From Vicinamibacteria bacterium (lineage in GTDB: Bacteria > Acidobacteriota > Vicinamibacteria > Marinacidobacterales > Marinacidobacteraceae): DNA of 64,000 nucleotides. Of the stretch, positions 57,653 through 64,000 are shown one piece after another. Every line of letters begins with the position of its first letter. Positions within the stretch are counted from its first letter, which is position 1. The notes below the pieces were generated by a model. That model was not told the origin of the DNA, did not search any database, and saw nothing but the letters and a program-made list of their open reading frames with translations. The position numbers and the translations under genes were made by a program. The DNA is taken from assembly GCA_965199715.1 (NCBI GenBank), contig OZ241322.1, positions 576,001 to 640,000 of the forward strand, given 5' to 3'.

Positions 57653-58234
57653 CTAACGGGGGACGACGATCGCCTGATGCCCGGCCGCGTCGAGGCTGGT
57701 CACGGTCGCCCGCGCGTCCTCACGGGTCACGAAACGGCCGACGCGCACGCGGATCAGGCCCCGGGGCATGGCCTCGAGATACGCCTCGAGGCCCAGCGCG
57801 GAGAGGTCCTGCTGGAGTTGCTCGGCGGCGGCCCGATCGCGCAACGCGGCGATCTGGATCGTGAAATCGCCCGTCGCGGCGGGCGCGGCCGGCGCGGGCT
57901 GCGGTTCCGGTGCGGGTTCGGGGGCCGGAGGCGGCTCGGGAACGAGTTCCGGCGCCTGGGCCGTCGTCCCGCTGGGGATGAGCGGCTCGTCCGGACGGCG
58001 CTCCTCGACGAGCTCTTCCGCGGGCTGCTCCATGGGCTCGGCCGCCGGCTGGGCGACGGGCTGCTCTACGGGCGGCGGCGCGCTCCCTGCGATGGTCGGC
58101 GGGGCGAGGTTTCGCCCGATCAGGACGCCCCCGACGAACACGCCCCCCACGACGAGAACCAGAAGTCCGAGCAGGATCGCCAGTTGGCGCGTCGTGAACT
58201 GGACGTCGTAATGGTCGTCCTGCGCTGTGGTCAT
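57653..58234 (-). CDS. SPOR domain cell-division protein
   Basis: Single TM, Pro/Glu-rich linker, FTIQIAAL...RVRVGRF SPOR domain. Confidence 0.88.
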   Translation of the reverse strand: MTTAQDDHYDVQFTTRQLAILLGLLVLVVGGVFVGGVLIGRNLAPPTIAGSAPPPVEQPVAQPAAEPMEQPAEELVEERRPDEPLIPSGTTAQAPELVPEPPPAPEPAPEPQPAPAAPAATGDFTIQIAALRDRAAAEQLQQDLSALGLEAYLEAMPRGLIRVRVGRFVTREDARATVTSLDAAGHQAIVVPR

Positions 58235-58279
58235 GGGCCCTCCGGTCGGCTTGGCGCGGGGAATGTTACGGGATGGGCG

Positions 58280-59053
58280 TCAGTCCTTCTCGTCGGGCTT
58301 GGCGATCTCGAGGAACGGCTTCACCAGATCCAGCGGCAGCGGGAACACGATGGTCGAGTTCTTCTCCGAGGCGATCTCGGTGAGCGTCTGCAGGTAGCGG
58401 AGCTGCGCGCCCAGCGGGTGGCGACCGACGACCTGCGCGGCATTGGCGAGCTGGGTGGAGGCCTGGAGCTCGCCTTCCGCGTGGATGACCTTGGCCCGCT
58501 TCTCGCGCTCGGCCTCGGCCTGCCGGGCGAGCGCCCGCGTCATGTCCGCGGGAAGGTCCACGTGCTTGACCTCGACGGACGCGACCTTGATCCCCCACGG
58601 ATCCGTCTGCTCGTCGAGAATCCGCTGGAGTTGGGTGTTCAGTTGCTCCCGCTGCGAGAGCAGGTCGTCCAGCTCGACCTGTCCGAGGACGCTGCGAAGC
58701 GTGGTCTGGGCGAGCTGCGAGGTCGTGTAGAGGAAGTCCTCGACCTCGATGACCGCCTTGATCGGGTCGATCACGCGGAAGAACACGACCGCGTTCACCT
58801 TCACCGAGACGTTGTCGCGGGTGATGATGTCCTGCGGCGGCACGTCGAAGGCCACGAGGCGCAGGCTCACCCGCACCATGCGGTCGATGGGGGCCAGGAC
58901 GAAGACGAGGCCCGGCCCCTTGGTCCCCCGGAGAAGCTTCCCGAAGCGGAAGACGACCCCCCGCTCGTACTCGTTGAGCACCTTGATCCAGTTGACGATG
59001 AATATGGCGACCAGGGCGATCGCGACAAGCGTTCCGAGCGGAAGGCCGAACAT
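58280..59053 (-). CDS. slipin / SPFH (band 7) family protein
   Basis: [40 protein letters not shown]. Confidence 0.94.
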   Translation of the reverse strand: MFGLPLGTLVAIALVAIFIVNWIKVLNEYERGVVFRFGKLLRGTKGPGLVFVLAPIDRMVRVSLRLVAFDVPPQDIITRDNVSVKVNAVVFFRVIDPIKAVIEVEDFLYTTSQLAQTTLRSVLGQVELDDLLSQREQLNTQLQRILDEQTDPWGIKVASVEVKHVDLPADMTRALARQAEAEREKRAKVIHAEGELQASTQLANAAQVVGRHPLGAQLRYLQTLTEIASEKNSTIVFPLPLDLVKPFLEIAKPDEKD

Positions 59054-59081
59054 GGGATGACTCCTTTCGAGCCGGACGAAA

Positions 59082-60398
59082 TCAGATGGAGCGCGCGTCG
59101 GAGGAGACGGGGCCGACGCGCAGGGTGAGCCCCTCGACCGCCTCGATGCGCACCCGCTCGCCGACCGCGACCGCGTCCCGGGCCGTGGCCTGCCAGTACT
59201 CGCCGTGCACGAAGACCGTCCCGGCGCCGCCGCTCGGGATGGGCGCCCGCGCCGTTGCGACGAGCCCGACCATCCCCTCCTTCCCGGTCACGGCGGGCGC
59301 TTGGTGGGCGCGCAGGACCATCTGGCCGAGGAAGAAGACGAGGCCCGCGAAGACGACCACGGTGGGGATCACGAGACCGTAGGACACGTGCAGCTCCGGA
59401 ACGGGAAGGGACTGCTCCTCGAAGAAGAACAGCAGTCCGGCGGCGAGGCCGACGGCGCCGGCGAGGCCCATGATCCCGAACGACGGGGTCAGGGTCTCGG
59501 CGATCAGGAGGCCTAGGCCGGCGAGCAACAGGAGGATCCCGAGCGCGCTCACCGGCAGCAGGTTCAGGCCGAAACCGGCGAGGACGAGCGCGACCAGCCC
59601 GAGCGCGCCGGGAAACAGCATGCCGGGGTTGGAGAACTCCAGATAAAGGCCGAGCAGCCCGATCATCCCGAGAATCACCGCGAGGCTCGGGTTCGCGATG
59701 AACGACAGCACCCGGTCCCGGGTGCTGAGTTCGGTCACGACCACCGGGAGGCCGCCGACCTCGAGCGTTTCCTCCTCGCCGTCGATGCGGCGGACCGTCC
59801 TTCCGTCGAGCTGCGCCAGGAAGTCGGCCGGATCGCGGGCCACGAGATCGATGAGTCCGGCCTCGAGCGCCTCCGACGCGGTCCAGCTTCGCGCCTCGGT
59901 GACCCCCTCCTCGGCCAGCTCGACGTCGCGGCCGCGGCGCTCGGCGATGGAGCGCAGGTAGGCGGCGGCGTCCGACTCCACCTTGCGGCTGAGCGTCTCC
60001 GGCATCTCGCCGCCCGTCCCCGCGATCGGCGTCGCGGCGCCCATGTTGGTGCCGGGGGCCATGCCCGAGACGTCGGCGGCGAGCGTGATGAGGTATCCGG
60101 CCGACGCGGCGCGCGCGCCCGAGGGGCCGATGAAGACCGCGACCGGAACCTCGCTGTTCAGGATCGCCTCGATGATGTCCCGCATCGAGGTGTCGAGGCC
60201 GCCGGGAGTGTCGAGGCGGATCAGCACGAGCCCGGCGTCGCGCTCCCCGGCCAGCCGAATGGTCTCGACCACGCGGGCGGCGGAGACCGAGTGGATGATG
60301 TCCACCACGTCCACCTGCCGGATCTCGACGGCGGGAGCGGGCGCCGCGAACAGCGATCCGAGCGCGAGCGCTCCGGCGGCGCACAGCCGCGCCGTCAC
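59082..60398 (-). CDS. nfeD: long-form NfeD (ClpP-like S49 domain + TM + OB fold)
   Basis: [36 protein letters not shown]; paired with slipin; GTG start at 60398. Confidence 0.92.
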   Translation of the reverse strand: MTARLCAAGALALGSLFAAPAPAVEIRQVDVVDIIHSVSAARVVETIRLAGERDAGLVLIRLDTPGGLDTSMRDIIEAILNSEVPVAVFIGPSGARAASAGYLITLAADVSGMAPGTNMGAATPIAGTGGEMPETLSRKVESDAAAYLRSIAERRGRDVELAEEGVTEARSWTASEALEAGLIDLVARDPADFLAQLDGRTVRRIDGEEETLEVGGLPVVVTELSTRDRVLSFIANPSLAVILGMIGLLGLYLEFSNPGMLFPGALGLVALVLAGFGLNLLPVSALGILLLLAGLGLLIAETLTPSFGIMGLAGAVGLAAGLLFFFEEQSLPVPELHVSYGLVIPTVVVFAGLVFFLGQMVLRAHQAPAVTGKEGMVGLVATARAPIPSGGAGTVFVHGEYWQATARDAVAVGERVRIEAVEGLTLRVGPVSSDARSI

Positions 60399-60871
60399 AG
60401 GATGCCCCGCTCGTGGATCGTCTTGAGTTCGAGAACCTCGAGTTCGCGCTCGCCCGCGGGCGCTCTGAAGTACACGAAGTCCGAGACGCAGGCGCCGATG
60501 AGCGCCCGCCCGATCGGGGAGGCCGTGGAAATGCGGCCCAAGCTCGCGTCGGCCTCCTCGCTCACCACGAGCTCGTAGCGGCATTCGCGACCGCTGGTGT
60601 GATCCATCACCCGCACCTCGCTCCCCAGCGAGACCCGGTCGTTCGGGATGCTGTCGAGGTGGAGCATGGACAGGTCGGCGAGGCGTTTCTTCAACTGGGC
60701 GAGGCGGGCGCTGACGAACGCCTGCCGCTCCTTCGCCGCGTCGTACTCGGCGTTCTCCGAGAGATCCCCGTGCTCCCGCGCCTCCCGGATCTGCTTGGGA
60801 AGCTGCAGGTGAAGCTCCTCCTCCAGCGCGCGCACCTCCGCCTCGAGCTTGGAGCGAAACGTCAGTGCCAC
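60395..60871 (-). CDS. greA: transcription elongation factor GreA
   Basis: AREHGDLSENAEYDAAKERQ, ISTASPIGRALIG. Confidence 0.94.
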   Translation of the reverse strand: MALTFRSKLEAEVRALEEELHLQLPKQIREAREHGDLSENAEYDAAKERQAFVSARLAQLKKRLADLSMLHLDSIPNDRVSLGSEVRVMDHTSGRECRYELVVSEEADASLGRISTASPIGRALIGACVSDFVYFRAPAGERELEVLELKTIHERGIL

Positions 60872-61036
60872 CGTAGGAATCCGTGCGGGTTGAGAACGAG
60901 CCTATGTTACTTCGGAGGACGGCCCGATCGCCCCGGTCCGGGGGCGCGTACGGCGCGACGCGATCGGCTCGTCCGGCAGGTTGCGGGAAGGCGCCGCCGG
61001 GCGGCATGATTCCGCGTTCCCGAAGGGGGTTCTCCC

Positions 61037-61645
61037 ATGAAGACTCGACTCCTGCGAGAGTCGGCGCTCGCCGCCGGCGTCGCCCTGAGCCTGCCGCTCG
61101 CGGCCGGAGCCCAGACCATGAATCTCAAGGTGGGCGACCGCGCCCCGATGTTCCCGAACCCCCTGCCGTCCACGGCCGGGGAGTCCGCCGGAGCGACCAA
61201 GCTCGGGCTCGACGCCGCGCTCGGCGAGAAGAACATCGTCCTCGCGTTCTACGTGGCCGACTGGACCGGTGGTTGAACGCTCCAGTTTTCGTCCTACAAG
61301 GACGACATCCAGAAGTTTCTGGATGCGGACACGCAAGTTTTCGGGATCAGCGTGGACACGCCCTACTCCCAGTGGAACTGGCTCGGGAGCGTCGGCGACG
61401 AGTCCGGCATGATGGTCGAGCCCGCCGCCGACGGCGACCTGCCGGGCCTCGTGCTCCTGTCGGACCGCCACGCCGAGGTGATCGACGCCTACGGGGTGGA
61501 GCCGCTCGAGATCAACGGCGCCCGGTACGCGTCGCGGGCGACGTTCGTCATCGATCGGGAGGGCGTGCTCCAGTACGTCAACTACGACTACCAGATCCGC
61601 GACGACTACGAGCCGCTGCTCGAGGTCCTCGCCGGACTCGAATAG
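61037..61645 (+). CDS. AhpC/TSA peroxiredoxin-like protein, probable selenoprotein (UGA at 61274-61276)
   Basis: VLAFYVADWTGG-TGA-TLQFSSYKDDIQKFLDADTQVFGISVDT...LLSD...AYGV...RATFVIDREG is continuous in frame; the TGA sits at the peroxidatic Cys of the PxxxTxxC motif. Confidence 0.85.
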
Positions 61646-61655
61646 CCGACGCCGC

Positions 61656-62381
61656 GTGACCTGCCGGGAGGCCCTCGTGGTCTCGATGCGGCGCGGTCCC
61701 GCCAACGCGATCGATCCCGAGCTCGTCGCGCAGCTCGGGGCGAGCCTCGACGAGGCCGAGGCGACGGGGCGGCCGCTCGTCCTGACCGGCGCCGGGCGCT
61801 TCTTCAGCGCGGGGCTGAACCTCGAGACGCTCCCCGACGACCGGGAGGCGATGGGGACCTTCCTCGACACCCTCGACGAACTCCTCCTCCGCCTGTTCCG
61901 GCTCCCCTGCCCCACCGTCGCCGCGGTGAACGGCCACGCGGTCGCGGGAGGCGCGATCCTCGCCGCCGCCTGCGACGTGCGCTTCGGCGCCGAGGGGAAC
62001 TATCGGGTCGGACTCTCGGAAGTGAGCCTCGGGGTCGTCTTCCCGGCGGCGGCTCTCGAGATCATCCGGGCCACCGTGCCGCGGTCGCGCCTTCCCGAAG
62101 TCCTCTTGGCGAGCCATCTGAGCCGGCCGGTGGGGGCCGTGGGCGCGGGGTTCCTCCACGAACTCGCGCCGTCGAGGGAGCTGCTCGCGCGCGCCGTCGA
62201 GCACGCCGAGATGCTCGGGGCGCAGCCGCGCACCGCCTACACCCACACGAAGCGGGCGCTGCGCGACGAGCACGTGGACCGCGCGCGGCGACGCCGCGCG
62301 GTGTGCCGGGAGGGATTCCTCGACACGTGGTTCTCCGAGGACGCGGCGCGCCGTCGCGCCGCGGTCCTCGGCCGGGCCTGA
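61656..62381 (+). CDS. enoyl-CoA hydratase/isomerase family
   Basis: ANAID, FFSAGLNL, AAVNGHAVAGG, GLSEVSLG. Confidence 0.9.
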   Translation: MTCREALVVSMRRGPANAIDPELVAQLGASLDEAEATGRPLVLTGAGRFFSAGLNLETLPDDREAMGTFLDTLDELLLRLFRLPCPTVAAVNGHAVAGGAILAAACDVRFGAEGNYRVGLSEVSLGVVFPAAALEIIRATVPRSRLPEVLLASHLSRPVGAVGAGFLHELAPSRELLARAVEHAEMLGAQPRTAYTHTKRALRDEHVDRARRRRAVCREGFLDTWFSEDAARRRAAVLGRA

Positions 62382-62384
62382 CCG

Positions 62385-63227
62385 CTACTCCTCGGTCCCG
62401 CCGGAGTGCGAGGCGATCGCCGCCCGGATCGCCGGGACGGTCACTGAACTCCGATACCGGAAAAGGCGCAGCCCCCAGGCGACGGTCTCGTCCAGCGGGT
62501 CCAGATCCACGCCGTTGATCCGGAAGAGCCCGGCCTTCCGGCGCTCGGCGGTGCGGATCGAATTCGGATCCACGGCGGCCATCATCGAGGACATGGCGAA
62601 CTCGTCGTGGACGCCCTCCGGCTCCTCCTCGATCCCGTTCTCGTTCAGCCACGTCCGCAGCCCCATCACGTCGTAGAACTCGGGGATGAAATGGACCCCC
62701 GGAGCGCCGCCGAACTCGGCGTGCATCTCCTCGGCCACCGCAGCCATTCCGGCCTGGTTGCCGCCGCTGTCCCCAAGGAAGATGACGTGCTGGAAGCCGC
62801 TCGCCCGCAGGCTGCGAGCCACGTCGCGGAGCACGGCCCGGAAGGTCTCCTCGCTGAGGCCGACCGTACCGGGATAGCGCATGTGTCCGGTCGGGGGATC
62901 GAAGTCGCCCTCGGGCACCAGCTTCAGGATGGGCGCCACGAGCGCGTCCCCTAGGTCGCGGGCGATCGCCTCGGTGGCGCCGCGCAGGAGGACGTTGTGC
63001 TTTCCGGTAGCCAGGTACGGGCCGTTCTGCTCCACGCCGCCGCTCGCGACGAGCGCGGTCGTCTTGCCGGCGGCGATGAGGTCCCTCACCTCCATCCAGG
63101 TCAGGTCCTCGATGAACACCGAGTCGCGGATCGGGATCGGGCGGGGCTTGTCCGGCTCCGGCGACTGGGCGGCGGCGACGGACCCCGCGAGCCCGAAGAG
63201 CGTCAGGACGAGGGCGAGCTTGCGCAT
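62385..63227 (-). CDS. creatininase family protein, exported
   Basis: Signal peptide; EDLTWMEV, GGVEQNGPY, PGTVGL, DSGGNQ. Confidence 0.87.
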   Translation of the reverse strand: MRKLALVLTLFGLAGSVAAAQSPEPDKPRPIPIRDSVFIEDLTWMEVRDLIAAGKTTALVASGGVEQNGPYLATGKHNVLLRGATEAIARDLGDALVAPILKLVPEGDFDPPTGHMRYPGTVGLSEETFRAVLRDVARSLRASGFQHVIFLGDSGGNQAGMAAVAEEMHAEFGGAPGVHFIPEFYDVMGLRTWLNENGIEEEPEGVHDEFAMSSMMAAVDPNSIRTAERRKAGLFRINGVDLDPLDETVAWGLRLFRYRSSVTVPAIRAAIASHSGGTEE

Positions 63228-63258
63228 GTTGAAGACTCCTTCCGGTACGGGGGACGGA

Positions 63259-63990
63259 TCAGAGCCCGACCCCGTGGCGGATCACAGTATCGCGATAGTC
63301 CTCTCCCCGCACGTCCACGAACTGGCACGCCTCGCGCAGCCGCGAGACGCCGCGCTCGGTGATCTTGTCGGCGAGGCGGACGCCCTCCCGCGTGCCCTCC
63401 GCGTCGAAGACGCTGGTGCACACGAGCGTTCCGCGGTCGTTGTTGTAGCAGCGGGTGAGGATGTAGAGCATCTTCTCGACGACCCACTCCTGCATCATGT
63501 TTTCGCCGAGGTTGTCGAGGACGAGGATCTCGGCCTCGAACAGCGGCTCGAGGAGCGCGTCCTCGGAGGCCTCGCGGTCGCGCAGCGTCCAGCGGAGCCG
63601 TTCGACCAGTTCGGGCACGTACACGAAGCGCACCCACGCGTCGAGCTTTCGCTCCACGACGACGCGCCGGATCGCCGCCACCGCGAGGTGGGTCTTCCCC
63701 ACGCCCGACGAGCCGGTCAGGAAGAGCCCCTCGTGAACGTCGGGCCATGCCTCGGCCCATCGCTCGATCTTGCGCCGGGCGGCGCCCAGCTCCCTTGTCA
63801 GCTCCTCGAACGACTCGAAGGACGCGCTCCGGGAGAGCCGGCGCGGCACCCCGAGGCTCTCGAGCCGCCCGGAGTCGGAGACTCCGACTCCCTCGCAGCC
63901 GCAGGGCGCGACCGGGGATCCCCGATCCTCGGGATCGCGGCGCACCCAGCCCGTGCCCCCGCACTTCGGACAGGGAGCCTTCGTTCTCAC
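63259..63990 (-). CDS. DnaC/IstB-like AAA+ ATPase with N-terminal Zn ribbon
   Basis: CPKCGGTGW...PCGC, Walker A GSSGVGKTHL, LVLDNLG, RGVSRLREAC, GEDYR. The start is at the window edge and uncertain. Confidence 0.85.
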   Translation of the reverse strand: MRTKAPCPKCGGTGWVRRDPEDRGSPVAPCGCEGVGVSDSGRLESLGVPRRLSRSASFESFEELTRELGAARRKIERWAEAWPDVHEGLFLTGSSGVGKTHLAVAAIRRVVVERKLDAWVRFVYVPELVERLRWTLRDREASEDALLEPLFEAEILVLDNLGENMMQEWVVEKMLYILTRCYNNDRGTLVCTSVFDAEGTREGVRLADKITERGVSRLREACQFVDVRGEDYRDTVIRHGVGL

Positions 63991-64000
63991 CCTCGCGCCC

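Noticed and set aside
638-63964. Many long antisense or alternate-frame ORFs (e.g. 15580-18669 -, 2421-4661 -, 23303-25765 +, 30049-32829 -)
   Set aside because: They are Arg/Pro/Gly-rich shadows expected in very high GC DNA opposite well-supported genes, with no motifs.
1-64000. CRISPR array, rRNA or IS elements
   Set aside because: No regularly spaced short repeats, cas genes, rRNA-like sequence or transposase motifs were seen.

Overview
A very GC-rich bacterial chromosomal segment. The gene inventory (DUF507 pair, VPS10/BNR protein, DUF5916 paralogues, many exported peptidases and TonB receptors) suggests Acidobacteriota; this is inference only. Housekeeping genes are tRNA-Asp, hsp20, gap, pgk-tpiA-secG-tRNA-Leu, greA, prfB with its programmed +1 frameshift, and a DnaC/IstB-like ATPase. 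They are interleaved with peptide-scavenging and transport genes, a cobalamin-riboswitch-controlled btuB-pduO unit, and a two-subunit RND pump coupled to a CDGSH Fe-S protein. Four loci are decayed: a FitAB-like TA module, a type IIG restriction-modification gene, a tricorn protease and a HigB-like toxin. Most notable: (1) a signal-peptide-bearing peroxiredoxin whose catalytic Cys codon is an in-frame TGA followed by hairpins, a probable exported selenoprotein split in the ORF track; (2) a tightly coupled GH8-like lipoprotein / sulfatase-like / TonB receptor / CDP-alcohol phosphotransferase / GT4 cluster, in which two genes appear to start at CTG; (3) a lower-GC Abi-NTD + HEPN-like gene beside a HigBA module, a candidate anti-phage island; (4) tandem DUF5916 genes sharing a ~1 kb near-identical core between diverged flanks. 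All calls come from motif recognition by eye; no database searches were run.
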